From contig CAINDR010000054.1 in NCBI GenBank assembly GCA_903847415.1, forward strand, positions 1 through 59,825: DNA of 59,825 nt. Reading direction: 5' to 3'. This DNA is from Candidatus Falkowbacteria bacterium. Its GTDB lineage: Bacteria; Patescibacteriota; Patescibacteriia; Patescibacteriales; UBA12465. A program made the position numbers and the translations under genes. The notes beneath the pieces were generated by a model. The model was not told the DNA's origin and searched no databases. It saw only the letters and a list, made by a program, of their open reading frames with translations. Positions 9,925 through 19,704 of the stretch are shown here, piece after piece (position 1 is the stretch's first letter; each line of letters opens with the position of its first letter).

Positions 9925-10833
9925 ATGGATTATCAGAAAAATAAAACTAAAGATAGTTATTTGCTTGGACTTCGAAAACAAAGAAGATCCCTAAAAAAAG
10001 ACTATTTATCAAAAAAGTTAGACAATCCTTTTTATAATCGGAGAGCTAAAAGAAAAGAAAAAATTTCTGGCCGTTTAAAAATTCTAATGATCTCTTTTTT
10101 TGCCCTACTAATTATATTGTTTTGGTTATTTTTTTATTCACCATTATTTAATATCAAAAACATTAAAACTAATGGAGTGACTAGAATCGGCAATCAACAG
10201 CTAGACAGTCTTGTTTTTTCACAAACCGCAACCAGGCGAGGATTTATTTTTCAACAAAAAAATCTTTTTATTTTTTCTGATCAAGAATTAAAAAAAACAA
10301 TTCAAAATAACTATAACTTTGCCGAAATAAAAATCAGCAAAAAAATACCAAACACAATCATTTTGGATATTAGCGAAAGACCATGTGCTTTTATTTGGGA
10401 AAGTGCTAAAAAATCACCTTACTTCATTGATCAAGACGGTTACTTGATTAAAGAAATTACTGTTTCTGATTCCGATCGAAGTAAACTACCGGTGATTGAA
10501 GATCAAAGAGATTTGCCAGATGATAACTATCAAATTAGTTTAGATCGTCAATATTTATCTTTTGTGTTTGAGTTGTACCAAAAGGTTAATAGCACTGGGT
10601 TAAAAATTGATAAGTTTGTAATTGATAAAAATAGCACTGATAGCATCAGAGTAAACCTAAAAGAAGGGCCATTTTTACTGTTTAGCTTTAAAGAAACCCA
10701 AGACAAACAACTAAACAAACTAATCGCCCTTAGACAGGAAAAATTAAAAGATAATTTTAAAAATATTAAATATTTTGACTTGCGCTACGGCGATAAAGTT
10801 TTTTATATTGATAATCAAGAAGCAGGGAAGTGA
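9925..10833 (+). CDS. ftsQ: FtsQ/DivIB-like cell-division protein (POTRA domain)
   Basis: Basic N-tail, single TM, then IKNIKTNGVTRIGNQQL, a POTRA-type start. Ends with TGA. Confidence 0.7.
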   Translation: MDYQKNKTKDSYLLGLRKQRRSLKKDYLSKKLDNPFYNRRAKRKEKISGRLKILMISFFALLIILFWLFFYSPLFNIKNIKTNGVTRIGNQQLDSLVFSQTATRRGFIFQQKNLFIFSDQELKKTIQNNYNFAEIKISKKIPNTIILDISERPCAFIWESAKKSPYFIDQDGYLIKEITVSDSDRSKLPVIEDQRDLPDDNYQISLDRQYLSFVFELYQKVNSTGLKIDKFVIDKNSTDSIRVNLKEGPFLLFSFKETQDKQLNKLIALRQEKLKDNFKNIKYFDLRYGDKVFYIDNQEAGK

Positions 10834-10863
10834 GCCCTGCCCTTACCCTAATAATTAAAATAT

Positions 10864-11019
10864 ATGCTTAACTCAGAGGGGTTTTTCAAATTTATTTTTG
10901 GTTTCGCAATCTTCCTATTTTGTTTAATTACTATTGGAGTGTTTTTAGTAATTATCAAAATTGTTTTATTGTTTATTCCAGAAGTTAACATTATGGGATT
11001 AATGATGTCTTACCGTTAG
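10864..11019 (+). CDS. possible small hydrophobic membrane peptide (51 aa), below the ORF-track cutoff
   Basis: ATG..TAG ORF encoding MLNSEGFFKFIFGFAIFLFCLITIGVFLVIIKIVLLFIPEVNIMGLMMSYR. No clear RBS. Confidence 0.25.
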   Translation: MLNSEGFFKFIFGFAIFLFCLITIGVFLVIIKIVLLFIPEVNIMGLMMSYR

Positions 11020-11089
11020 TTGCATTATGCAAAAGCTAAAAGCTTTGAAATTGCAATCAGTCCTTCTGATTAAAAATAATCACAACACC

Positions 11090-11118
11090 TTGACTATTGT
11101 TTATTCTTTAGCTATAAT
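11090..11118 (+). promoter_or_regulatory. sigma70-type promoter for the recombinase gene
   Basis: TTGACT (11090-11095), 17 nt, TATAAT (11113-11118). Confidence 0.6.
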
Positions 11119-11172
11119 TGAGTGTAAGAGATATTATACTCAGTTATATTATTAAGCTAACATATCATCAAT

Positions 11173-12111
11173 ATGACCGAAACTTTACCTTTATTCGACG
11201 ATTTTCTTCTAGATTTAAAAGTAAACAACTATTCCCCGGAGACTCTTTATAACTACGAACGAGATCTAAAAACTTTTGAAGATTTTTTAATAGATTCACA
11301 AATCAGCTTTTCCAAATTATCTAAAAAAAATATTTTACACTACAAAGCTTTTTTAACCTCTACGGATCGAAAAACTGCTCAACACTATGATGCTCAAATC
11401 CGTCTGGGTGCATATTCTATTAATCGAGTTTTATCTGTTCTTAGAAGCTATTTGCGTTATTTGAATGAAATGGACTATCCTTCCCCGCTCTCACCCGATA
11501 CAATTAAAATGTTGAAAACTGTCAAGAAGAAGCTTCAAATTGCTGAACTTGACGAAATGTCAAAATTATTGGAATCACCAACAATTCTTGAAAAAGATAA
11601 AACCATCGGCTTAAGAAATAGGGCGATGCTGGAAGTCCTCTTCTCTACTGGGATGAGAATCTCGGAACTGATTAATATGAAAATAAGCCAAGTTGATCCA
11701 GAGGGCCGTATTTTCGTTTTAGGAAAAGGAAAGAAGGAACGCTTTGTCTATCTCACCCCAAGAGCCAAAGAGTGCCTAGAGGCTTATTTAAAGACCAGGA
11801 TGGACAATTCCCCTTACGCCTTCATTCCCTATCGTGGCCAAAATGCCGAGGCTCAAGAAAAAAAGATTTCAACTAACTATTTACAGTATAAGATTAAACA
11901 ATACCGAGAATTACTGGGAATTAATTTGCCAGTTTCCGCTCACACTCTGCGTCATGGTTTTGCCACCTATTTAGCAGAATCTGGGGCCAATCCGGTAGCT
12001 ATTCAGGTCTTATTAGGACACGAATCACTAGACACCACGACTCGCTATGTTCATGCTTCGGATAATTACGCACGACTGGAGCAGAAAAAATTTCACCCAC
12101 TAAAAAAATGA
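11173..12111 (+). CDS. xerC: XerC/XerD-type tyrosine recombinase
   Basis: SAM-like N-domain. C-terminal catalytic signature RHGFATYLAESGANPVAIQVLLGHESLDTTTRYVH, with ARG...MRISEL upstream. Confidence 0.88.
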   Translation: MTETLPLFDDFLLDLKVNNYSPETLYNYERDLKTFEDFLIDSQISFSKLSKKNILHYKAFLTSTDRKTAQHYDAQIRLGAYSINRVLSVLRSYLRYLNEMDYPSPLSPDTIKMLKTVKKKLQIAELDEMSKLLESPTILEKDKTIGLRNRAMLEVLFSTGMRISELINMKISQVDPEGRIFVLGKGKKERFVYLTPRAKECLEAYLKTRMDNSPYAFIPYRGQNAEAQEKKISTNYLQYKIKQYRELLGINLPVSAHTLRHGFATYLAESGANPVAIQVLLGHESLDTTTRYVHASDNYARLEQKKFHPLKK

Positions 12112-12168
12112 TTAATTGACATTTAAATTAAAAAAGTAGAAAATTCAAAAATAAAAAGTTTTTTAAAA

Positions 12169-12573
12169 ATGAAAAAAATAGATATCATCCTGCCGATAAT
12201 TTCTGGCACGGCCTCACTCTTTGCTTTTATCTTGGTTTTATCTTGTCGGATACCAATTGCTGACGAAGGAGTAAGCAAGTTAGTAATTATTGCTTCAATT
12301 GGTGCTTATTTGTCTTTGTTAGTAATTTTTCTCTTATTTACAAAAAAGAAATTATTGGTTGATGTCGTCAATGTTTTAACAATTTTAGCCTTTATTAGTT
12401 TTATTAATTCGCTCGGAGCGCAAAACTTAAAGTTGCTTGAATTAAATTCAGTTAATATACTGATCGCATCATCAGTAATTTTGTCCATTTTAGTAAAAAT
12501 GTATGAAGTCTTGCTATTAGGCTTGGTTATTATTAAAAAAATTTTCAAATTAAAAACCCCAGTAACTAGATAG
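12169..12573 (+). CDS. hypothetical polytopic membrane protein
   Basis: 134-aa ORF with about four hydrophobic helices. Confidence 0.5.
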   Translation: MKKIDIILPIISGTASLFAFILVLSCRIPIADEGVSKLVIIASIGAYLSLLVIFLLFTKKKLLVDVVNVLTILAFISFINSLGAQNLKLLELNSVNILIASSVILSILVKMYEVLLLGLVIIKKIFKLKTPVTR

Positions 12574-12589
12574 TTATTGGGGTTATTTT

Positions 12590-13378
12590 TTAAAATTTTT
12601 GTCTGACATGACACTCGCAGTTTGGAGTATGCTCAATAATTGAATAAACATCATGATTATTTATTAAATTAATTCGCTTTCCAGAACTTAAGTTCATGGA
12701 AGATGTTATTAAGCAAACATCATGCTGCATGAGTGTTTTTTGGCATTCATTCATTTGCCTAAAGAGAATCATTGTTTCTCCAAGATCTAAATAGCGGATA
12801 CCACTATAGTCTTCTAGTTTTTTTACTATTTTATTCTCAGCTAGATAATCTGACCTGAAAGATACATCATCATAATCCAAAGCATTACAAAAATTAATTT
12901 CCAGTGTTCCGGCTAATGAAGCTAAAGAATCGAGGTAAAAAGAATTTTCTTTTAGTGGTCGCTTGCTACAAGTTTCGTCATTTAAAGAAACAATCGAATC
13001 AAGATAATGACTTCGAATTAATTGATTTTTAGACCGAATAAAAGGATTAGAACCGTTTACTTCGATTAATTGCTCAAAAAAGAAAGAAGCCTTCTTTTGA
13101 TTTAATTTAGCTCTATCTTCAATTTTCGGAAAATAAGTAAGCAATGGATAATTAGCAAATTTTTTTTCTAAAGCAATTTTGATGCTCGGTAATCGACTAC
13201 TTTCAATCCAAAGATCATTCAAATTAATTTCCTGAGAATTGAACTGTGATTGATAAAAATGTTTTTGCCAATTAAGCATTGACTCCAGTGACCAAGATAA
13301 TAAGTATCGGTCGAGATGATTTTCCTTAAACCATTCCTGAAATTTTTTAAAACTAATAAATTCCTTTTCCATTTCCAT
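12590..13378 (-). CDS. hypothetical protein (no recognisable motif)
   Basis: 262-aa ORF, soluble-looking, C-terminal CECH. Confidence 0.5.
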   Translation of the reverse strand: MEMEKEFISFKKFQEWFKENHLDRYLLSWSLESMLNWQKHFYQSQFNSQEINLNDLWIESSRLPSIKIALEKKFANYPLLTYFPKIEDRAKLNQKKASFFFEQLIEVNGSNPFIRSKNQLIRSHYLDSIVSLNDETCSKRPLKENSFYLDSLASLAGTLEINFCNALDYDDVSFRSDYLAENKIVKKLEDYSGIRYLDLGETMILFRQMNECQKTLMQHDVCLITSSMNLSSGKRINLINNHDVYSIIEHTPNCECHVRQKF

Positions 13379-13417
13379 TTTTATTTGTTTGTAAAATTAC
13401 TATAAAAATAGCTTAAA

Positions 13418-13455
13418 CAAAAAAAGAGTTAACGTCAAATAATTACGTTAACTCT
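13418..13455 (-). terminator. intrinsic terminator after the M23 peptidase gene
   Basis: 11-bp stem AGAGTTAACGT/ACGTTAACTCT with a T-run on the minus strand. Confidence 0.7.
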
Positions 13456-13474
13456 TAGGAAAATTTTATTTAAT

Positions 13475-14695
13475 TTAAGGTAAATAATTTAATGGATTAA
13501 CTGGTAATCCATTTTTTCTAACCTCAAAATGTAAGTGGGCACCAGTGCTAAAAGCACCAGAACCCAAAGAGCCAGGCATTCCGCCAGTTCGACCAATAAC
13601 TTGACCCTGAGTTACATATTGATCTGCAACAACATTTACGGCTGATACGTGACCATAAACAGTGGAAAGTCCGTTACCATGAATGATCATGATATAAGCA
13701 TAATTTTTATTACCATCAAACTTTACTCGAGCGACATAACCATCAGCAGCGGAACGCAGAGTACTTCCCTGTGCAGATTTAATATCAATGGCCGAATGTT
13801 CACCGATACTGTTACGAAATGGATAATCTGGATCATGAAAGATGGAGGTAATAATATTTTTTGCAACTGGCCACTGAAGAGTAGCATTGGGGTTTAAAAT
13901 TTGTTTCGATTTTGCTAATTTTTCACGAACAACTTTTTCCATATTCGCAATATCAGCAGTAGCTGCGTTTTGCTCTTTCTTGGCTTGCGCTAAAAGTTTT
14001 TGATAATTTTGTTCAGAAAGCTTGGTTTCTTGTAAAACCTGTTCTTTGCTGTTTTGTTCATAAACCAAAGCATCCTTTCTTTCTTCTAGTTTTCTTTTTA
14101 GCAAAGAAAGTTCTTCACTCTTTTTTTTCATCGCTTCTTGTCCGGCTAAAAGTTGCTCGCGACTAGTTTTTAAGTCATCAAGGCTTTTAGAAACCTCACC
14201 ACTGGTATTTTCTAGATATTTTGCTTGATCCAAAAACTCAGACAAAGAATCGTTTGCTAACAAAATTTCCAAGGTAGATATTTGATCTTGTCGATACATC
14301 AAAGTCAATAAAGAGGCGATATGTTCTTTGTTTTTTTCCGTAGCACGATTGATATTTTCTAAATCAATTGTAATTTTCTTAATTTCTAGTTCTGTTTCTT
14401 TTATTTCGTTATCGGTTTCTTCTAAATCTAGTTCTGATTTACTGACCCGATTTTCAATAATTACTAATTGATTGTTTAAGTTTGCCTGCTCTTCTCTTTT
14501 TTTAGCGATCAAAGAGGAATAGGCCTTCTGTCTTTGTTGAATTGAAGAGATTTGATCACGCTGAGCTTTGATTTTAGCATTTAAGGCATTAATTTCTGCG
14601 TCATATTTTTCCCCAATTGCTGATGGCGAAGAAAATAAAAACGCTAGTGCGATACTCATTAAAACAGATATTTTAAAGCGGTTTGCTTGAAACAT
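13475..14695 (-). CDS. M23-family metallopeptidase with long N-terminal coiled coil (EnvC-like)
   Basis: Signal or anchor at the N-terminus, about 250 aa of heptad-rich sequence, then M23 motifs HSAIDI and GAHLHFEVRKNGLPVNP. Confidence 0.85.
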   Translation of the reverse strand: MFQANRFKISVLMSIALAFLFSSPSAIGEKYDAEINALNAKIKAQRDQISSIQQRQKAYSSLIAKKREEQANLNNQLVIIENRVSKSELDLEETDNEIKETELEIKKITIDLENINRATEKNKEHIASLLTLMYRQDQISTLEILLANDSLSEFLDQAKYLENTSGEVSKSLDDLKTSREQLLAGQEAMKKKSEELSLLKRKLEERKDALVYEQNSKEQVLQETKLSEQNYQKLLAQAKKEQNAATADIANMEKVVREKLAKSKQILNPNATLQWPVAKNIITSIFHDPDYPFRNSIGEHSAIDIKSAQGSTLRSAADGYVARVKFDGNKNYAYIMIIHGNGLSTVYGHVSAVNVVADQYVTQGQVIGRTGGMPGSLGSGAFSTGAHLHFEVRKNGLPVNPLNYLP

Positions 14696-14738
14696 AAAAA
14701 AACCTAAAAAATTATAACAATCAAATTATACCATTTTT

Positions 14739-16175
14739 CTAAATTTTTGTAAAAGAAAAATTAATTCGATTTAATGATTCTTCTCTTCCTAAAACCGCAG
14801 CGATCTCAAAGGGGCTCGGACTATTTTTTTCACCAGATAAGGCAACTCGCAAGGGCCAAAGATAATCGCCATTTTTCTTATCATTTTCTTTAATCCAGGA
14901 AAAAACCAACTCTTCCAAGCTTTCTTTATTCCAAGCAAAACTTTTATTTTCTAAAATAACTTTTAATTCTCGAAGATTGCTAATTGAATCAGAAACACTT
15001 AAGGTTTTCCAGACTAATAGGCTGGAATCATAATTTGGCAATTCAAAAAAGAAGCCAGATAATTCAGTGATATCAGAAATTTTCTTTAAACGATCTTTTG
15101 CCAAAGAAACTACACCGAGAAGAAACTCCTCTTCAAAATTATTCGGCAAATAATGACGACATAATTCTAATAATTCTTGATTGGTTTTCTGACGAAGATA
15201 ATAACTATTATAAAAATCGAGCTTCTCTAGATCAAAAACGGCTGGACTAACCCCCATTCCCGAAACAGAAAATTCTTTTTCTAATTCTTGAAGAGTAAAA
15301 AATTCCTGATCACTTTTAGGATGCCAACCTAAAAGAGCGCAAAAATTAACAATTGCTTCCGGTAAGTATCCTTTAGCGCGATAGTCTTCAACAAAAACAT
15401 CACCTTGACGTTTTGATAATTTTCCACCCCCCTTATTTAAAATTAAAGGTAAATGAAAAAATTTTGGCGCTGTCCAACCAAAAGCGTCATAGAGTAAAAC
15501 ATTTTTCGGAAAAGATGGGATCCATTCATCACCACGAGTAACATGAGTAATTTCCATCAGATGATCATCCACGATATTAGCGAATTGATAAGTTGGCACG
15601 CCATCTGATTTTATTAACACCTGATCATCTAGATCAGCAGCAGAAAAAATAATTTCACCACGCAATTCATCAAAAACTTTTACCTCTCCATCGAGAGGCA
15701 TCTTTTGGCGAATCACAAATTTTTCTCCCGCTATCATTTTTATTTCCGATTCTTCCGGCGAAAGATCCCGACAAGCTCGATCATAACGCGGAGCCAGCTT
15801 CTGGGCTTGTTGATTCTCACGCATCGCATCTAATCTCTCTGAGGTACAAAAACAACGATAAGCCTTCCCTTCTTTAATTAATTGTTCAGATAAGTCATGA
15901 TAAATTGCTAAACGTTCGGTCTGAATATAAGGACCAAAATCTCCACCCAAATGAGGCCCTTCGCTAAATTTAATGCCAATCCAATCCATTATTTTGATTA
16001 AACTTTCTAGGGCGCCCGTAACTTCTCTTTTTTGATCAGTATCCTCTAAACGTAAAATAAAATCACCGTTAAGACTTTTAGAAAGAAGATAGCCGAATAA
16101 AGCGGTACGCAAATTACCGACATGTAAAAAGCCGGTTGGTGATGGAGCAAAACGTAATCTGATTTTTTGATTCAT
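14739..16175 (-). CDS. gltX: glutamyl-tRNA synthetase
   Basis: RFAPSPTGFLHVGNLRTALF (HIGH region) and KLSKR (KMSKS region). Confidence 0.92.
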   Translation of the reverse strand: MNQKIRLRFAPSPTGFLHVGNLRTALFGYLLSKSLNGDFILRLEDTDQKREVTGALESLIKIMDWIGIKFSEGPHLGGDFGPYIQTERLAIYHDLSEQLIKEGKAYRCFCTSERLDAMRENQQAQKLAPRYDRACRDLSPEESEIKMIAGEKFVIRQKMPLDGEVKVFDELRGEIIFSAADLDDQVLIKSDGVPTYQFANIVDDHLMEITHVTRGDEWIPSFPKNVLLYDAFGWTAPKFFHLPLILNKGGGKLSKRQGDVFVEDYRAKGYLPEAIVNFCALLGWHPKSDQEFFTLQELEKEFSVSGMGVSPAVFDLEKLDFYNSYYLRQKTNQELLELCRHYLPNNFEEEFLLGVVSLAKDRLKKISDITELSGFFFELPNYDSSLLVWKTLSVSDSISNLRELKVILENKSFAWNKESLEELVFSWIKENDKKNGDYLWPLRVALSGEKNSPSPFEIAAVLGREESLNRINFSFTKI

Positions 16176-16181
16176 ATAATT

Positions 16182-17381
16182 TTAATTTAGGGTTTTTTGA
16201 GCAAAAGCTAAGAATTTTTCAGCCATTTCACGACGAACTGGATGAATTTCTTTAACCAAGTCAGCAAGCGGAATAAAGCGATAAGCGCGATGATCCCAGA
16301 AGTCAATTTTTATTTCTTCGTTCAAATCTTTCATTTCAGCTATTAAAAAAGATTGACTTTGACCACAATAATCATAATGCTTTGGAGAACCAGTACTAAT
16401 CCCTCTTCCTCGAGAAGCCCCCTTAGGAAATTGATATCGATAAGCATTCTTTAAAACACCAAGGATTTTTATTTGGTGAATATTTGTTTCCTCCCTAATC
16501 TCTCTTGCACCTGCTATTTCCACTGGTTCGCCATCGGTACCACCTTGAGGAAGTTGCCAGTGACCCAATGATTCTTGACGCTCAACAATTAATACTTCCC
16601 AGGCACCAAGGTTCTTGCGAAGCAACATGCAGGAAACATTTTTTCGATAACGATGTGGGTTGATAAAACGCCACAAAATAACTTTCCAAAAAAATACCGC
16701 AGTTGCTCGCCAAATTCTCTTCAAGCGCCTTGGCTGTTTAATTAAGCGCCATAGCCATTCTAACCCTAAACGCTGAAAAATTCTAGGGGCTCTGGTGATC
16801 TTTTTTGTGAGAAAATCAAAAGCTCCACCAACGCCAATCGCTAAACCAATGCCAGGGATTTTCTTTAAATTATGATAAATAACTTTTTCTTGAAAAGGGG
16901 CGCCAAAAGTGCAAAATAAAAGCTTTGGAGCAAAACGATTCAGTGAAGATAATATTTCTTCTGGTAAGTAAATTTCTTTTTCTAAATCAATAATTTGAAA
17001 TTTTAAATTAGGCCATCTTTCACTGAGAATTTCTCTGATATCTGAGGCGCTAGATAAACCTTGGTGCCAATTTAAAATACTAACCGAAAAATTACTGGTT
17101 TCTGCTTGACTAAGTAGCTCGGGAACAAGGTCAGCTCCAGTGATTCTCGGAATTTTTTCACCAGCCAATTGACCAGCCAAAACCAAACCAAAGCCATCAG
17201 CGGGCGCGAGAGAGGCTTGATTTAAAATATAAAAATACTCTTCATCTCGATGAGCAGTCAAAATAATCTCTGGATTGACTGTTGCAACATAATGCTGACC
17301 GGAATTTATAAATTCGGTAAGTTTGTTTTTTAAATCTATCTTTGACAAGGTAGAAATATTTATTCCTAAAATATTAATCAT
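16182..17381 (-). CDS. fusion protein: WecG/TagA/CpsF (GT26) glycosyltransferase domain plus C-terminal Nudix hydrolase domain
   Basis: Residues 1-235 have a GT26-like layout (INILGINI.., TVNPEI, GADL, FGAPFQE, IGVGGAFDF, WLWRL). Residues about 248-399 carry the Nudix box GGTDGEPVEIAGAREIREETN at nt 16479-16547. Confidence 0.8.
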   Translation of the reverse strand: MINILGINISTLSKIDLKNKLTEFINSGQHYVATVNPEIILTAHRDEEYFYILNQASLAPADGFGLVLAGQLAGEKIPRITGADLVPELLSQAETSNFSVSILNWHQGLSSASDIREILSERWPNLKFQIIDLEKEIYLPEEILSSLNRFAPKLLFCTFGAPFQEKVIYHNLKKIPGIGLAIGVGGAFDFLTKKITRAPRIFQRLGLEWLWRLIKQPRRLKRIWRATAVFFWKVILWRFINPHRYRKNVSCMLLRKNLGAWEVLIVERQESLGHWQLPQGGTDGEPVEIAGAREIREETNIHQIKILGVLKNAYRYQFPKGASRGRGISTGSPKHYDYCGQSQSFLIAEMKDLNEEIKIDFWDHRAYRFIPLADLVKEIHPVRREMAEKFLAFAQKTLN

Positions 17382-17449
17382 TTATCTATTTTTTGATTTT
17401 TTATTTATGCTATAATAATAACATACAATCTTATTATAAAAAATAATCC

Positions 17450-18412
17450 ATGTCCAACCATAAAAAAATTTCAAACAAAATTGAAGAGTTGATCATTGAT
17501 AATCCGGGATCACCATTTCGACTCAGTTGGGTTAATATCACTGGGGCTGATCAAGAGGAGATTTCCTACCTAAAAAAGCGCTTTAATTTTAAAATTCAAA
17601 ATCTTAACGCCTCGATCTCAACTGTTTTTTCTCAGAGACCGATGATTTTTGAGGAAGATGGCTATCTATTTATGATTTTGCATTTTCCAATTTTTGAAAA
17701 TAATAAAATTATTCCTGCTGAAATTGAGTTTTTTGTTGGGCATGGCTTCTTAATTACCGCCCATAACGATAATATTCCTGCTTTAGGAAAATTTTTTAAT
17801 TTTTGTAAAGAAAATAAAGACTCCCTTCTTTCCTATGTTAACGAGTCATCAGTCATGTTGCTTTATGAAATCCTCGACCGCCTCATTAAAGACTGCTACC
17901 CTTTAATTGATAAAAATAGTATTAAAATTGATGAAGTTGAAGAGCAAATTTTTTCAAAAACCCAAAAGCAAACTGCTGATGGAATTCTGTCTGTTAAAAG
18001 AAATATCATTAATCTTCAAAAAATTCTTCAAAATCATAAAAATATTCTTAAACATCTCACTGAGATGAAAAGCAGTATTGTGGAAAGAGATTTAATCAAA
18101 AAGCATTATGATGGATTAGTTGAGCATTCCAAAAGAATTTGGGAAATGCTGGACATTCAAAAAGACATTATTGATGCTTTGCATGACACTAGCGAATCAA
18201 TTTCTAATGCCAAGATGACTAGTATCATGAAAACTTTAACGATGTTTTCTGTAATTATTTTTCCATTAACACTTTTTGCGGCCATCTTTGCAATGAGAAC
18301 CGCTTACCTGCCACTAGAGTCTCATCCTTACGGTTTTTGGCTGATTATCGGAATCATGGCCTTTATCGCCGTTATAATGCTTCTAATCTTTAAAAAGAAG
18401 CGTTGGATGTAA
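17450..18412 (+). CDS. corA: CorA-family divalent cation transporter homolog with non-canonical AMR in place of GMN
   Basis: The C-terminus MKTLTMFSVIIFPLTLFAAIFAMRTAYLPLE..YGFW..KKKRWM is collinear with CorA TM1-loop-TM2. The signature codons are at 18290-18298. Confidence 0.8.
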   Translation: MSNHKKISNKIEELIIDNPGSPFRLSWVNITGADQEEISYLKKRFNFKIQNLNASISTVFSQRPMIFEEDGYLFMILHFPIFENNKIIPAEIEFFVGHGFLITAHNDNIPALGKFFNFCKENKDSLLSYVNESSVMLLYEILDRLIKDCYPLIDKNSIKIDEVEEQIFSKTQKQTADGILSVKRNIINLQKILQNHKNILKHLTEMKSSIVERDLIKKHYDGLVEHSKRIWEMLDIQKDIIDALHDTSESISNAKMTSIMKTLTMFSVIIFPLTLFAAIFAMRTAYLPLESHPYGFWLIIGIMAFIAVIMLLIFKKKRWM

Positions 18413-18446
18413 ATAAAACCTAGGATAAAATAATTTTTTAGAATAG

Positions 18447-18478
18447 AAAAAACCTTCAAGAAGTCTTGAGGGTTTTTT
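18447..18478 (+). terminator. intrinsic terminator after the corA-like gene
   Basis: ACCTTCAAG-aagt-CTTGAGGGT followed by TTTTTT. Confidence 0.65.
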
Positions 18479-18535
18479 AAATATTTTATTTAATATTAGC
18501 AAAATATACCCCAAAGTAGTCTAAACCCTGAATAC

Positions 18536-18564
18536 TTGACAAAAGTAAATAAATAATGTATAAT
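18536..18564 (+). promoter_or_regulatory. sigma70-type promoter for GT4 gene 18589
   Basis: TTGACA (18536-18541), 17 nt, TATAAT (18559-18564). Confidence 0.6.
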
Positions 18565-18588
18565 ATAAAGTCAAAGTAAAAGACTAAT

Positions 18589-19704
18589 ATGAAAATTTTT
18601 CTCATTGGACAAAAAGGAATCCCTGCTAAAAACGGTGGCGTTGAAAAACACGTTGAGAATTTAGCGGTTCGTCTGGCTAATTATAACCATGAGGTTTTTG
18701 TATATGCTAGAAATAATTATCAAACTGAAAAAATCTCTAAATACAGAGGAGTTAATATTATCACTCTGCCAAGTATCGGCACTAAAAATCTAGATGCTAT
18801 TTCTCATACTTTTTTTGCTTGTTTAGATCTGATTTTATTTCGAAAACCAGATGTAGTTCACTTTCATTCAGTTGGCCCATCTTCCCTGCTTTTATTTATC
18901 AAAATATTTCGTCCAAATTTAAAAATTGTTTTTACCTATCATTGCCAAGATTATCGTCATCAAAAATGGGGCAAAATTGCCAGATGGTATTTGAAATTTG
19001 GTGAAATGATTGGTTGCCGTTTCTCAGATAAAACAATTACAATTTCTAAAGAATTACAAAAATACGCCAAAGAAGTTTACCAAATTGATACCGCTTATAT
19101 TCCAAATGGCGCTGAACAAGTTACTGAATCTGGCTCAAATCAATTAGCTGCTTTCGACTTAGAAAAAGAAGAATACCTTGTTTCTATTTCCCGTTTAGTT
19201 CGTCACAAAGGAATTCATTATTTAATCGAAGCTTACCAAGGACTAACGACTAACAAGAAATTAGTGATTGTCGGCGATGGTGCTTTTACGGATGAATATG
19301 TCGCTGAAATAAAAAAGCTTGCTGGCACAAACAAAAATATTATCTTTACCGGCAACCAAAGTGGTCAAGTTTTGTCTCAACTGTATGTTAATGCCTATGC
19401 CTTTGTGCAACCATCGGAATATGAGGGTTTATCAGTCGCTCTTCTGGAGGCAATGTCTTTCGGTCTTCCCTGTGTCGTTAGTGATATTGAGGCGAATCTA
19501 GAGGCCACAGGCGAAAATGCCCTTGTCTTTAAAAATAAAAATTCGGAAGATTTAAAAAATAAATTAAACGAATTATTAACAAAACCAGAACTAGCAAAGA
19601 CTCTTGGTCAAAAATTACAAGAACGAGCAAGCACAGAATATAACTGGGATACTATTGCCCAAAACACCGAAATATTGTATAATCAGTTGATAACCAAAAA
19701 ATAA
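18589..19704 (+). CDS. GT4-family glycosyltransferase
   Basis: GGVEKHV N-terminus and EYEGLSVALLEAMSFGLPCVVSD, the E-x7-E region. Confidence 0.85.
   Translation: MKIFLIGQKGIPAKNGGVEKHVENLAVRLANYNHEVFVYARNNYQTEKISKYRGVNIITLPSIGTKNLDAISHTFFACLDLILFRKPDVVHFHSVGPSSLLLFIKIFRPNLKIVFTYHCQDYRHQKWGKIARWYLKFGEMIGCRFSDKTITISKELQKYAKEVYQIDTAYIPNGAEQVTESGSNQLAAFDLEKEEYLVSISRLVRHKGIHYLIEAYQGLTTNKKLVIVGDGAFTDEYVAEIKKLAGTNKNIIFTGNQSGQVLSQLYVNAYAFVQPSEYEGLSVALLEAMSFGLPCVVSDIEANLEATGENALVFKNKNSEDLKNKLNELLTKPELAKTLGQKLQERASTEYNWDTIAQNTEILYNQLITKK

Noticed and set aside
11173-12111. The tyrosine recombinase as an integrase marking a mobile element.
   Set aside because: It has the Xer-type two-domain layout and size. 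I saw no flanking direct repeats, no tRNA target and no phage or plasmid genes. It most likely acts in chromosome dimer resolution.
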